DNA of 64,000 bases from Steroidobacteraceae bacterium (GTDB taxonomy: Bacteria; Pseudomonadota; Gammaproteobacteria; Steroidobacterales; Steroidobacteraceae): positions 337 to 64,336 of the forward strand of contig DASXFY010000018.1 of assembly GCA_036489335.1 (NCBI GenBank), read 5' to 3'. A program made the translations under genes and the position numbers. Of the stretch, positions 7,737-17,990 are shown one piece after another. Within the stretch, counting starts at the first letter, position 1. Each line of letters starts with the position of its first letter. Below the pieces are notes generated by a model, which worked only from the letters and a program-made list of their open reading frames with translations, searched no databases and was not told where the DNA came from.

Positions 7737-10223
7737 TCAACGAACGGGCGAGGGCTTCAGGTTCCAGATCTCGTCGGCGTATTCCTCAATGGTGCGATCG
7801 CTCGAGAACTTACCGCTGCGGGCGACGTTGATGATCGCCTTGCGCGTCCACGCCTCGGGATCCTCGTAGAGAACAGACATATCCCGGTGCGCGCGCGCAT
7901 AGTCGGCCAGGTCGGCCAGGTGCCGGTATGGATCGCCATGCAGGAGCAGCGCGTCGCGGATCGGATTGAATACACCCGACTCCTTGCGACTGAAGTAATC
8001 CGAGAAAATCAGGTCGAGCGCCGCTCGGGTCTCCGGCTCGTTGGCATAGTGCCAGTTCGGGTCATACCAACCGGCACTGTCCGCGACCTGCTGTGCGGTG
8101 AGTCCGAACAGGAACAGGTTCTCCCCGCCAGCCTCCTCCGCCATTTCGATGGTGGCGCCGTCACGGGTGCCGATCGTCAGGGCACCGTTCATCATGAACT
8201 TCATGTTGCCGGTGCCGCTGGCCTCGAAGCCTGCCGTGGAGATCTGCTCAGAGACATCGCATGCCGGAATGAGACGTTCGGCCATGCTGACGTTGTATTC
8301 CGGCAGAAACAGCACCTGCAGCCGACCCCGCACAAGCGGATCCGTATTGATGGTGTCGGCCACGCTGTTGATGAGCTTGATGATCAGCTTTGCCAGCCGA
8401 TAGGCGGGCGCCGCCTTGCCTGCGAAGAGGAATACGCGCGGGGTGAATTGCTGGTCAGGCGCCACGCGGAGCCTGTTGTAGAGAACGACGATGTGCAGCG
8501 CATTGAGGAGCTGGCGCTTGTATTCGTGGATGCGTTTGACGTGACCGTCGAAAATCGCATCCGGGTTGACGATGTGCCCGGCGCTTGCTTTGAGCCAGCT
8601 GGCGAACGCCAGCTTTGCTGTACGCTTGGCGACGCGGAATTCCTCGCGGAAAGCGGGGTCGTCGATGAAATAAAGGAGATCGCGCAGCTCCGCCAGGTCC
8701 GTAATCCAGGACGGGCCGATGGTGCGTGTAATCAGCTCCGACAAGGCGGGGTTTGCCTGCTGCAGCCAGCGACGCGGTGTCACACCGTTGGTCTTGTTAT
8801 TGAAGCGAGCCGGGAACATCGCGCTGAAGTCCGGTAAAACACGTGTCTTGAGCAGCTCCGAGTGGATAGCTGCGACACCGTTGGTGCTGTGTGAGCCCAG
8901 AACTGCAAGGTGCGCCATGCGTACCTTCTTGACGGGACCCTCCTCGATGAGACTCATGCGCTGCGCGCGGCCGGCATCGTCGGGAAACAGTCGACTGACG
9001 TCGGCGAGAAAACGGTGATTGATCTCGTAGATGATTTCCAGATGCCGCGGGATGAGCACTTCGAAGAGCTCGACAGGCCAGCGCTCCAGCGCTTCCGGCA
9101 GCAGCGTGTGGTTGGTATAGGCGAGTGTGCGCACCGTCAGATCCCAGGCGTCGCTCCACGAGAGCCGCGCCTCATCGAGCAGCAGCCGCATCAGCTCCGC
9201 GACCGAGAGCGCCGGGTGCGTGTCGTTCATCTGGATGGCTGCGCGGTCGGGAAGCTTGGACCAGTCGCTGCCGTCCTCACGAAAGCGCGCGATGATGTCC
9301 TGCAGAGAGCAACTCACGAGGAAATACTGCTGCAGGAAGCGCAAAGCTCGGCCCGCGAGCGTGGAATCGTCCGGATAGAGCACGCGGGTGAGCGACTCGG
9401 CGGCGACGTTCTGCATCACCGCGCCTGCGAAGTCGCCATGGGAGAATTCCGCAAAATCGAGCGAGTTCGGCGCGACGGCTGCCCATAGGCGCAGCGTATT
9501 GATGCAGTGCGCGCCGTAACCCACCACCGGACGGTCGTAAGCGATGCCGAGCAGGCTCGACGGGCGGTTGCGCTGCACGGTGATGCCGGCGCCCTGGAGC
9601 ACGAACGAGCTGTTGAGCGGCACGACATAGGTCCGGCTGGGTCGCTTCACTTCCCACGGATCGGTGTTGTGCAGCCAGTCGTCGGGCCGTTCCATCTGCC
9701 AGCCGTTTTCGATGCCCTGGCGGAAGATGCCGTATTCGTAGCGGAGCCCGTAGCCGATCGCCGGGTACTGTAGAGTCGCGAGGGAGTCTATGAAGCACGC
9801 GGCGAGACGCCCCAGACCGCCATTGCCGAGTCCGGCGTCCGGCTCCTCCTCGATGAGTGTCTCGAGATCCCAACCTTCATGCTGCATCGCGTGACGCACG
9901 GTCGGCTCGGCCGCCAGGTTCATCATATTGTTACGTAGCGACCGTCCCAGGAGGAACTCCATGGACAGGTAGTACACGCGCTTGGGCTTCGCTTCGGCTC
10001 GCGATAGCCGCGTCCGTGCCCACCGGTGCGCGACGAGGTCGCGGATGAAGCGAGCGGTTGCCTCGAACTTCTGACGCGGCAGAGCGGCTTGTGGGCTGAC
10101 CAGGTGATCGCACAGCACGTAGCGGTCTATCCACGAGTCCTCGTGGCCCTCCAGCCCCAGGCGCTGAAGGCGGCGATTGAGCGCGGTGTCCGCACTTGAA
10201 ATTCGATCAGCCGTGTCCGGCAT
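7737..10223 (-). CDS. glgP: Glycogen/maltodextrin (alpha-glucan) phosphorylase, GT35
   Basis: Contains EASGTGNMKFMMNGALTIGTRDGATIEM, the PLP-lysine motif. I chose the ATG at 10223 (MPDTADRISS...), which has GAGAGG upstream. The track ORF extends to 10301. Confidence 0.93.
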   Translation of the reverse strand: MPDTADRISSADTALNRRLQRLGLEGHEDSWIDRYVLCDHLVSPQAALPRQKFEATARFIRDLVAHRWARTRLSRAEAKPKRVYYLSMEFLLGRSLRNNMMNLAAEPTVRHAMQHEGWDLETLIEEEPDAGLGNGGLGRLAACFIDSLATLQYPAIGYGLRYEYGIFRQGIENGWQMERPDDWLHNTDPWEVKRPSRTYVVPLNSSFVLQGAGITVQRNRPSSLLGIAYDRPVVGYGAHCINTLRLWAAVAPNSLDFAEFSHGDFAGAVMQNVAAESLTRVLYPDDSTLAGRALRFLQQYFLVSCSLQDIIARFREDGSDWSKLPDRAAIQMNDTHPALSVAELMRLLLDEARLSWSDAWDLTVRTLAYTNHTLLPEALERWPVELFEVLIPRHLEIIYEINHRFLADVSRLFPDDAGRAQRMSLIEEGPVKKVRMAHLAVLGSHSTNGVAAIHSELLKTRVLPDFSAMFPARFNNKTNGVTPRRWLQQANPALSELITRTIGPSWITDLAELRDLLYFIDDPAFREEFRVAKRTAKLAFASWLKASAGHIVNPDAIFDGHVKRIHEYKRQLLNALHIVVLYNRLRVAPDQQFTPRVFLFAGKAAPAYRLAKLIIKLINSVADTINTDPLVRGRLQVLFLPEYNVSMAERLIPACDVSEQISTAGFEASGTGNMKFMMNGALTIGTRDGATIEMAEEAGGENLFLFGLTAQQVADSAGWYDPNWHYANEPETRAALDLIFSDYFSRKESGVFNPIRDALLLHGDPYRHLADLADYARAHRDMSVLYEDPEAWTRKAIINVARSGKFSSDRTIEEYADEIWNLKPSPVR

Positions 10224-10403
10224 CGTGCGAACCTCTCTCGAGCCTGCAATCCAGGGCTCAAGACTAGTCGATCGCGCCGAGTCGCCCAGCGAGCGGGTCA
10301 AAGATTGATGGGCCGGCCTGAGACTTGCGTCACAGTCGCATCACTGAACGAGGACTGACGGGGTTTGACGGAAACTCCGCTACCGTCAGTGGGGGTAGCC
10401 ATC

Positions 10404-10440
10404 CCCCGCGCGTCGCGCCTTGGAACGCGATCGCGCGGGG
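10404..10440 (-). other. GC-rich stem-loop between the TonB-dependent receptor gene and glgP
   Basis: CCCCGCGCGTCGCG / loop CCTTGGAA / CGCGATCGCGCGGGG (one bulge). There is no U-tract, so it is not a canonical intrinsic terminator. Confidence 0.35.
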
Positions 10441-10474
10441 ACGACTTTGCACCCTTTAGGCAAGAATCCCGATA

Positions 10475-13324
10475 TCAGAACTCATATTTCAGGTTCAAAT
10501 AGAAGGTCCGCAGCAACGGGTCCGAAAAGGCGGAGTTGTACCCCGCGGAAAAGTTTATCGTCGTGTTGCTGAACGGCGGGATGGTATTGAAGAGATTGCG
10601 AACGCCGAGCAGCACCGTCAGCCCCTGGATCGGCTTGTAGGCGCCGTAGACATTCCAGGTGGACTGGCTACCCACGGTCCGCGGGTTGCCGTTACCGTCC
10701 GGGAACTGATCGATGTAGGACGAGAAAAAGCGGTTCTCCAGTCCGGCGCCCCACTTATAGCTCAGGCTCGTCCAGTCCAGTCTCAGGGTATGCTGCCAGC
10801 GCATCGCCGGTAGATTACCCTCGTTGAACCAGCCTACCAGGTTCAGCACCGGGCCCCCGGTGTACTCCTGCAGCCGAAATTGCGTAATCGCGGTCCCTTC
10901 CAGATCCTCGTGAAACGTCCCCAGAAAAGTGTGCTGCAGGTATTGGACGCTAAGGTCCACCCCATCCGTCGTGATGCCGCCGGTGTTTTGGAAATCCTGC
11001 AGAATGTAACCGCAGGTCGAAGCGGTGTAGGGCGTGCAGGCCGAGCCCAGCGCAATCGAGGGGGTTAGCGTGCCGGCGCCGTTTAACACGTATTGGCCCG
11101 CGAACTCGGTCGGGTTGCCATAAATAGCGGTGTCCGGAATGGATCGAATGGCCTCCTTCACGAGGATCCTATAATAATCCAGCGTGATACCGAGATTACG
11201 GATCGGCTCGACGATGACGCCGAAGTCGAAGTTCTCCGAGGTCTCCGGCTTCAGGTTCGCGTTACCTCCGACCAGCCCCAATCCTTGCGACGTGCAAAGC
11301 GTGGGGGTGAATTCCGTGTTATAGGTCGCGGGCGTACAAAATGGATTTCCTCCCTGGTTGATCGAGCCTCCGGTTGCGGCAATCGTATTGGGTTGATAAA
11401 GATTGAACAAGGAAGGTGCCCGGAAGCCGGTGGATGCCGAGCCTCTGACGGTCAGCATATGGAACGGCTGATAACGCACCGACAGCTTGCCGTTATTGGT
11501 CGTGCCGAAATCGCTATACCGATCCTCCCGGTCCGAGATGTCGACATCCAGCTGCTTGGACATCGGCACATCAAGTTCCGCGAAGATGGCCTGTTCCTGG
11601 CGCTCGCCGTGAATCACAGTGGGCGTGAATGCGGTCGCAGCAGCCAGGAGGTTGTCCAGAGGAGTGGTTGCCACATCGAAACTGTCCCCCTCCATGCTGA
11701 AGCCGACCGCCACGGTTGCCGGAGTGCCCGCATTGAACGCATCCCCCAGCTCATGACTCGCGTGTCCGCCAGCGCTCCAGCGCTTCATCTTGCCGTGGAC
11801 GTATGGGCCGTTCAGATACGTGCTGTTGATATACGCTTGTCCGGCAGCGGTCTCCGGGCCGAATGGATTGATCAGGTCGTCGAGCACGCCGCCAGGCGCA
11901 AATGCCGGCGCGCCAGCGCCGAACTCATTGGGATTGCCGCCAATGGTGAGCTGCGTATTCCCGTTCTGACTGTAGTTGAGGTCGATGCTATAGTCCCAGC
12001 CGGCATCGCTGCCGGAGAAGGTAACCAGCGCCCGCTGCTCACTATTGATGTTGCCCAGGAATCGGCTGTTACCCGGGTCGGTCCAGATTGCCGTGATGGG
12101 ATCGGTGAGATCGGGCGTGGCGCCGGCACAACTCTGGTGTAAGGGCGCCGCGATACAGCTCAATGCGGAGGCCGTCGGGAAATAGGGCTGCCCGGGGTTC
12201 ATCGTGAAGTCGTAGAAAGTCGGGCCGGTATACGCGGTCGTTGTCGAGCGCGTATAAAAATACTGGATCGCCACCTGATTGTTCGCCGGCAGAGTCTTGG
12301 TGAATTCAGCCATGCCTGATGCTTCGCTGGAATCTGGAATCACATCCGTGGCGGCTGAATATTCGTAAGCGCAAGTGCTTTTGTATCGGACCAGGTACGG
12401 ATTGCCCTGACACGCCGGATAGCCATACTGCCAAACGTAGTTGTTGTTGTCTTCTACCGTACCGGGCCAGGTTCCCGGATTGTTCGTATTCGTGAGTCCC
12501 AGCGCCGGATCGAAGCCAGTGGCGGAGAATGACCGCTGTGTGGCCCTGAGCTCTTCCTGCTTGCTGTAACTTCCCGTGATCATGAAATTGTAGCCATCGT
12601 CGAGCAAGTTTCCGTGTCCGAAAACGGCATTCACGTCGCCTGAGCTGCCACCGACCTGCTGTGGGTGGTTGACGTCGGCGTCCACTTCGCCCCCTTGATA
12701 GTCCTTGCGGGTAATGAAGTTGATCACGCCGGCAATCGCGTCCGAGCCGTAGAGCGAGGAGGCGCCATCCCGCAGCACCTGGATGCTGGAGAGAGCCGAG
12801 AACGGGATACCGCTCAGATCGACCGCTTCGCCAGTATTGGCGTTGTTCGCCAGACGCTGCCCATCCAGGAGGATCAAGGTGCGGCCCCCCTGCAGATCGC
12901 GCAGGTTAGCGAAAGTTCCTCCGGCGGTGAACGAGCCAATCGACTGGGCAATATTCACTCCCGGAACGTTGGCACTGATCTCATCGATCGCCTGCTCCAC
13001 GTTCACGATGCCCATGTTCTTCAGGGCCGAAGTCTGCATGATGGTCACAGGCTCCGCGGTCTCCGCCGCGGGTCTTGCGATCATGGTGCCCGTGACCACG
13101 ACGGTTTGCAGCTGCACGGGGGTGGGTGATGTCGGTGCGGCCGCGGCTGTCGCGGGCGGCGGGGTTGATTGTGCGCTCGCTGGCGAAGATGCAGCAGCGT
13201 CCTGCTGCGGATTGGCCGCAACACCACCCGCAGCGCAGAAGGCGAGTAACGCGATCGCGAGCAGACGCTCGACTGATTTGCGCGCCCGCGCGGACCAAAC
13301 CCATACCCCAAGCATTGCTCTCAT
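10475..13324 (-). CDS. TonB-dependent receptor
   Basis: 949 aa. Signal peptide, then a Pro/Ala/Ser-rich linker, a plug-like region (VVVTGTMIARP..., DGASSLYGSDAIAGVINFITR), and a C-terminal ...YLNLKYEF with terminal Phe. Confidence 0.92.
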   Translation of the reverse strand: MRAMLGVWVWSARARKSVERLLAIALLAFCAAGGVAANPQQDAAASSPASAQSTPPPATAAAAPTSPTPVQLQTVVVTGTMIARPAAETAEPVTIMQTSALKNMGIVNVEQAIDEISANVPGVNIAQSIGSFTAGGTFANLRDLQGGRTLILLDGQRLANNANTGEAVDLSGIPFSALSSIQVLRDGASSLYGSDAIAGVINFITRKDYQGGEVDADVNHPQQVGGSSGDVNAVFGHGNLLDDGYNFMITGSYSKQEELRATQRSFSATGFDPALGLTNTNNPGTWPGTVEDNNNYVWQYGYPACQGNPYLVRYKSTCAYEYSAATDVIPDSSEASGMAEFTKTLPANNQVAIQYFYTRSTTTAYTGPTFYDFTMNPGQPYFPTASALSCIAAPLHQSCAGATPDLTDPITAIWTDPGNSRFLGNINSEQRALVTFSGSDAGWDYSIDLNYSQNGNTQLTIGGNPNEFGAGAPAFAPGGVLDDLINPFGPETAAGQAYINSTYLNGPYVHGKMKRWSAGGHASHELGDAFNAGTPATVAVGFSMEGDSFDVATTPLDNLLAAATAFTPTVIHGERQEQAIFAELDVPMSKQLDVDISDREDRYSDFGTTNNGKLSVRYQPFHMLTVRGSASTGFRAPSLFNLYQPNTIAATGGSINQGGNPFCTPATYNTEFTPTLCTSQGLGLVGGNANLKPETSENFDFGVIVEPIRNLGITLDYYRILVKEAIRSIPDTAIYGNPTEFAGQYVLNGAGTLTPSIALGSACTPYTASTCGYILQDFQNTGGITTDGVDLSVQYLQHTFLGTFHEDLEGTAITQFRLQEYTGGPVLNLVGWFNEGNLPAMRWQHTLRLDWTSLSYKWGAGLENRFFSSYIDQFPDGNGNPRTVGSQSTWNVYGAYKPIQGLTVLLGVRNLFNTIPPFSNTTINFSAGYNSAFSDPLLRTFYLNLKYEF

Positions 13325-13649
13325 GATTTGCCCCCAAGTTTGGAATCGAGTGAGGCAATGATGCTAACGAGTCAAACGCAGCGACCGCAACGCAACGCGC
13401 ACGAGCGGGATTGTGAAGCGCATGAGCGGCGTCAACTCGTCACTACAGGGATGTCTGAGCGCCAAGCGTTTTGAGTGTGCGCTGCACACAACAGTGAAGC
13501 GCATGCGAATGCGGCCGCGGCGCATCCCGCTCGGCCGGGATTTGGTGCCGCTCGTGCATCGGGAATCCGCGGCTCAGCGCGCGCCCGTTGTCAGACAGGC
13601 GCTATCTTGAATACCGTATCGGCGCTGCTGTTGGTGTCGGAGACGGCGC

Positions 13650-14639
13650 TTGTACCTGCTGGATCACATCGCCCAATGCCGAGAACCCCTGGTGGTCCGC
13701 AATCACAGCGGGCAGATTTGGCGGTTGCCGGGGGCTGCCGACTTCGCCGCGCGGCTGACGCAATGTCCTCTGCGTTATGTGCTGGCGGACGACCTGGTGC
13801 GCATCTGCGTGGAGCTCGCGTACTCCGAAGGCGACGACCTGTCGAGCTGCATGGACCTGGTGCGCTTTCCCGCGGAGCAACTCTGGCTGGAATGGAACGA
13901 GCCGGTACGGGTGGCGGAGATATCGCGTGCGTTGCGTGACTGCGCAGTAGCGCCCGCAACGAGCGTGCGCGGCGGAATATTGATCGCCGCCGATTCGACT
14001 GGACGATCGGCGGTCATGCGTACCTTCTGGCTGTCGCGCGACGAACCGCGGGAGCCGGTGGTTGCTGCCGGAGAAACGATCATCGATCTCGATCACGCGC
14101 CGCCGTGCGCGGATGAGGCTGCGATGCTCCTCGAAGGTTCTGCCGTGCGTGTACGCGATCCGGCGAACCCAAATTTAGATGGACTGTTGCATTGCGCGGG
14201 CTTCCGATTGGATCCCAGCTGGCACCGCTACTATGCAGCCGGGCTCCACTCGGAGGTGAAGCGAGACCTCGTGATCGCGTGCACTTTGGGTAGCGTGGCC
14301 TTTGATGTGCCGTGGGTGCTGGCGCTGCTGATGCTGATGCGCTTGCAGTCGGGATTGACTCATCGAGCGGTATCCTCTGCGCGAATCAATGCCAAGCGAG
14401 CACGTCTAGGCCGCAGCGCGCTGCTGGACCACATCGAAGTTTCCTGTCCTCTGCTGAGCGGGGCACAACCCTCGGGCAGCGCGGATTTCGATGTTCCGCG
14501 TCAGGGACCGAGACTGCACCACGTCCGTGGGCACCTCGTGCGTCGCGATGATGTGGTCTTCTGGCGTCGGCCCCACTGGCGCGGGCACCTGCGTCTCGGT
14601 TGTGTCCGCAGCCGTACCGTGAAGCTTCGGGCGTACTGA
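13650..14639 (+). CDS. Hypothetical protein (orphan, His/Arg-rich C-terminus)
   Basis: 329-aa ORF with genome-typical GC3 bias. TTG start with GGAGA 8 nt upstream. I recognise no family. The C-terminus reads PRLHHVRGHLVRRDDVVFWRRPHWRGHLRLG. Confidence 0.55.
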   Translation: MYLLDHIAQCREPLVVRNHSGQIWRLPGAADFAARLTQCPLRYVLADDLVRICVELAYSEGDDLSSCMDLVRFPAEQLWLEWNEPVRVAEISRALRDCAVAPATSVRGGILIAADSTGRSAVMRTFWLSRDEPREPVVAAGETIIDLDHAPPCADEAAMLLEGSAVRVRDPANPNLDGLLHCAGFRLDPSWHRYYAAGLHSEVKRDLVIACTLGSVAFDVPWVLALLMLMRLQSGLTHRAVSSARINAKRARLGRSALLDHIEVSCPLLSGAQPSGSADFDVPRQGPRLHHVRGHLVRRDDVVFWRRPHWRGHLRLGCVRSRTVKLRAY

Positions 14640-14652
14640 GTTCGACGGGCCA

Positions 14653-15405
14653 TCAGAGGAGGAAAGGAGCAAGTCGCTCACGATAGCGACGACTCAAATT
14701 GAGGCGTGTTCCGCGCCGCATGACCAATTCACAGTCGCCGTGAAAGAGCGGATGGACCTGGGCGATGTGCTCGATATTCACGAGCGTAGAGCGATGCACA
14801 CGCACGAACAGAGTCGGATCGAGCCTCTGCTCCAGCTCTCTCATCGACTGCCGGTACGTATAGCACTGGCCGCGGGCATGGATCTTTACGTGTCTGCCGG
14901 CTGCCTGTGCAAACTCGATATCCCGCATTTCGAACACCTGGACGTTACCCCGATCGGAGAGTACCAAGCGGTTTAGGCCGGTCGCCCGGCCGGGCTCGCG
15001 GCCGGCGGCTTGCTCTGGAACCGCGGAGCCGGTCGTGGATAGCAACGTCTTGGCGCGCGCAATGGAGCGGGCAAGGCGGTCGTTATCGAATGGTTTGAGC
15101 AGATAATCCACGGCACCCACATCAAAGGCATTCAGTGCGCGCTCCGCACGTGCGGTCACGAAGATGACGTATGGATTGAGGCCTTGGGCCGCGAGTAGCG
15201 ACACCAGCTCGAAGCCGTCGACCTCTGGCATACGGACATCGAGCAGCAGCAGGCGAGGCGCCAGCTCCCGTGCCTGTTTAGCCGCTGCCACGGCGGAGTC
15301 GAACACGCCGACGATCTTGATCTGCGGGTCGTAGCGCAGCAGATGCAGAAGATGTCTCTGTGCCAGCGGCTCATCGTCCACAATGAAGGTCGGGATGGCG
15401 CTCAT
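14653..15405 (-). CDS. LytR/AlgR-family response regulator (receiver + LytTR DNA-binding domain)
   Basis: N-terminal receiver (FIVDDEPLA...LLLLDVRMPEVDGFEL). The C-terminal LytTR region includes FVRVHRSTLVNIEHI. 4-nt overlap with the kinase gene. Confidence 0.92.
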   Translation of the reverse strand: MSAIPTFIVDDEPLAQRHLLHLLRYDPQIKIVGVFDSAVAAAKQARELAPRLLLLDVRMPEVDGFELVSLLAAQGLNPYVIFVTARAERALNAFDVGAVDYLLKPFDNDRLARSIARAKTLLSTTGSAVPEQAAGREPGRATGLNRLVLSDRGNVQVFEMRDIEFAQAAGRHVKIHARGQCYTYRQSMRELEQRLDPTLFVRVHRSTLVNIEHIAQVHPLFHGDCELVMRRGTRLNLSRRYRERLAPFLL

Positions 15406-16586
15406 GGCCGCGCCCTGAGAGGCACTTCGCCTCCAACATGGCGCCGCACCGGTAAACTCAGAATGGCGGCTGTGTTACCTTGCTCGTCGGGGCCGACGGC
15501 GAGTCGCGCAGCCCCGCCATAGGCGGCATTGAGTCGCAGCGCGACGTTGGAGAGACCGCAGCCATACTCGCGCGCAAGTAGCTGCGCGGTAAGGCGAGGC
15601 CCGCTGTTGAAGACCACGAATCGGAGGTGTTCGGCGACGACCTCGACTATTACGCGGAGCACGAGTGGCTCGCCGCCTACCCCCCTGCCGTGCTCGATCG
15701 CGTTTTCAGCCAATGGCTGCAGCAGCAAGGATGGCACGGAGAGCTCGAGCGCGGCGGAACTTACATCGAGGGTTACCGTCAGTTGCTCGGAAAAGCGCGC
15801 GCGTTGCACTTCGAGGTACGCTTCGAGTCCCGCAAGCTCCGTGGCGACACTCACCCAGGGCGTATGGCTCGTCTCCAGAGCGTGGCGGAGGAAGTCGCCG
15901 AGACGCGCCACCATCGTCGCCGCGTCAGCGGGACTCTCCTCGATTAGGCGCGTTATCGCGTGTAGGGAGTTGAAGAGGAAGTGCGGCTGCAGCTGAGCTG
16001 ATAGGGCGGACAACTGCGCCTCCGCATAAGCGGCGCTCAACCGTGTCGCCAGCATGGCTTCGCGCTGGCTGCGCTCCGTAACCTTCACTAGAGCGATAGC
16101 GCCCAGGCCCATGAGATACGGCGACAGGAAGAAACAGAGCGCACTGCCCCAAAGCCCGACATACCATAAGCGCCAAAGCTCCGCCAGGGTATCCCACATG
16201 TCCGCAGTGTGCCCGTCGACGAATCCTATTACCATGGCTCCGGCGATTCGGGAGGAAAGAACCACGGAAAGGGCAAGCAACACGTCAACGAGCACGATGC
16301 GCACACGAGTCGTGAACCCCTCCTTCCATCCGACCGCTAGCGTAAGGCGATAGGCACAGACGGCTATCGGGAACACCACCATATAGTCGAGTATCCGTGC
16401 GGGAGTACTCATAAAGTAATAGGCGCCATCGAGAGTCCTGCCGCTGAGCGGCAGTCCCCACAGCACGACCGATCCGCCTGCGATCAGCCAGCATGCCCCG
16501 CCGGCGACCCAGATGAGTCGCCACTCACCCCATTGGAGGCCGCGTAGTGCGAGGTCTGCTTCGGAGTCTGCGCCAGGACGCCCCAT
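15402..16586 (-). CDS. LytS/YehU-type sensor histidine kinase
   Basis: Multi-TM N-terminus. Has the LQPHFLFNSLHAI H-box of the His_kinase (PF06580) family and a C-terminal HATPase region. Confidence 0.9.
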   Translation of the reverse strand: MGRPGADSEADLALRGLQWGEWRLIWVAGGACWLIAGGSVVLWGLPLSGRTLDGAYYFMSTPARILDYMVVFPIAVCAYRLTLAVGWKEGFTTRVRIVLVDVLLALSVVLSSRIAGAMVIGFVDGHTADMWDTLAELWRLWYVGLWGSALCFFLSPYLMGLGAIALVKVTERSQREAMLATRLSAAYAEAQLSALSAQLQPHFLFNSLHAITRLIEESPADAATMVARLGDFLRHALETSHTPWVSVATELAGLEAYLEVQRARFSEQLTVTLDVSSAALELSVPSLLLQPLAENAIEHGRGVGGEPLVLRVIVEVVAEHLRFVVFNSGPRLTAQLLAREYGCGLSNVALRLNAAYGGAARLAVGPDEQGNTAAILSLPVRRHVGGEVPLRARP

Positions 16587-16688
16587 GGCCCCATTTTAGA
16601 GCGTGGAGCGCAAAAGGAAACTCGAGGCGCGCGAACGGGACTTTTGAGCGCACCAGTGGCTCTCGCCCGTGCGGGAGGGCGAGTTAAG

Positions 16689-17906
16689 TTACTGACCGTA
16701 ATTGCCGCTCCACGGTCTGCCCTCGAGCCGCGCGCGTACCCACGCGAGCTGCAGGCCGATGGTCTTCTCCATGAGTGGATCATGATCGAGGCCCGGCCGG
16801 TGCACGAACTCGATCGGCAAGCGCAGGCGGCAAGCCCGCGCGACACCGGCCTTTATATTGGCGAAATTCACGGAGAGATCGTCGTCACCTGCGAGGACCA
16901 TGAGCGGTCCGCGGATGGGCTTGTCGGCGCTGCGGCTGTCTCGATTGTAGCGGGCGAGCTCGGGCGCCTGGTTCCACCCGGGCCGGACTGCCGCCTGATG
17001 ACCGACCTCGGCGGCCGCGGCGTAGTCGTAGTACCAGCATCCCTTCCTCGTCATATCCTCGTAGCGCGCCAACATGGCCGGTGAAAGCATTCGCGCCACG
17101 TCGAACGAGGGATAACTCGCCTTCACGCCAAATGCCGTCAAGGGCCAGTACATGTTCGTGATTGTGGCGAAGTCGCGCGCGTCGTGCGCCTCGAAGCCCT
17201 CATAACTCATATCGCCGGCGACGGAAATCGTGCCTCGATAGTCTGGATCCCTGAGTTTCACTTCGAGCTCGGCAACACCCCACACCGCGACACCACCCTG
17301 AGAATGCCCGATGGCGACCCAGGAGCGACCGAGTGACGGCACCGCGGCGTGAGCGGCGGGAACCGAGTAGACCACATCCCTGGCCTGCGGAATCTTGTCA
17401 TCGTACTGATGAGCGCCTGGTGTCCCGAGGCCGGCGTAGTCGGTCGCGATGACGGCGAAGCCCGCAGCTACCATGGGCATGAGACCCTCACTGCCGTATT
17501 CGATATCCTTCATGAGTGACGGCGCGCACATGCGGGCAACGCCGCTCGTGCCATGTGCCCAAGCGATGACCGGCCAGCCGCCGCGGGGTGGTGAACCGGC
17601 GGGGATCAGCACGACTCCCGAGACTGCATCGCGCGCACCATCGAGTGCGCGCGAAACATAGAGGATACGCACCGCATGCGCCCCCGGCGGCAGGCTGTAT
17701 CCATTGAATGGTACAGAGCGGATGAGCGTGCCGGGAGTGCGCTTACCGAACGGCGGTGGCTGATAGAAACGCGTGAGCGGCAGAGCGTCCTGGGCTTCCA
17801 TGGCGAGCGCCTGCGCCCGTGACGTGGGCATCACGTCATCGGCGGTCGCGGCGACGGTGGCGAGCAGGCCCAACGCAGCGATCAAGACCGGGACTCTCAT
17901 GTTCAT
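16689..17906 (-). CDS. Secreted lipase-family alpha/beta hydrolase (LIP-like)
   Basis: Signal peptide MNMRVPVLIAALGLLATVAATA and the nucleophile elbow GHSQGG. Confidence 0.8.
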   Translation of the reverse strand: MNMRVPVLIAALGLLATVAATADDVMPTSRAQALAMEAQDALPLTRFYQPPPFGKRTPGTLIRSVPFNGYSLPPGAHAVRILYVSRALDGARDAVSGVVLIPAGSPPRGGWPVIAWAHGTSGVARMCAPSLMKDIEYGSEGLMPMVAAGFAVIATDYAGLGTPGAHQYDDKIPQARDVVYSVPAAHAAVPSLGRSWVAIGHSQGGVAVWGVAELEVKLRDPDYRGTISVAGDMSYEGFEAHDARDFATITNMYWPLTAFGVKASYPSFDVARMLSPAMLARYEDMTRKGCWYYDYAAAAEVGHQAAVRPGWNQAPELARYNRDSRSADKPIRGPLMVLAGDDDLSVNFANIKAGVARACRLRLPIEFVHRPGLDHDPLMEKTIGLQLAWVRARLEGRPWSGNYGQ

Positions 17907-17976
17907 GGACTCCTCATCGGCATGGCCTCACGTGCGCGGCCGAATTGCCTATTGTATATATGTGTATAGGGTATTC

Positions 17977-17990
17977 TATATGAACATATA
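17977..17990. promoter_or_regulatory. Inverted repeat TATATG-AA-CATATA in an AT-rich divergent promoter region
   Basis: Read directly. It lies within 17951-17990, an AT-rich patch that is unusual for this sequence, between the lipase start (17906) and the Rieske start (18013). Confidence 0.35.

Noticed and set aside
7722-8837. Long plus-strand ORF (371 aa) antisense to glgP. Similar long antisense or out-of-frame ORFs occur at 11093-12142, 22742-24160, 35221-36435, 38270-40174 (634 aa), 53326-55191 (621 aa), 55059-56366 and 55993-57177.
   Set aside because: Each lies opposite or out of frame to a gene with unmistakable family motifs. Their translations are Arg/Ala/Gly/Pro-rich low-complexity strings, typical of stop-poor alternative frames in GC-rich DNA. 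No recognisable domains.
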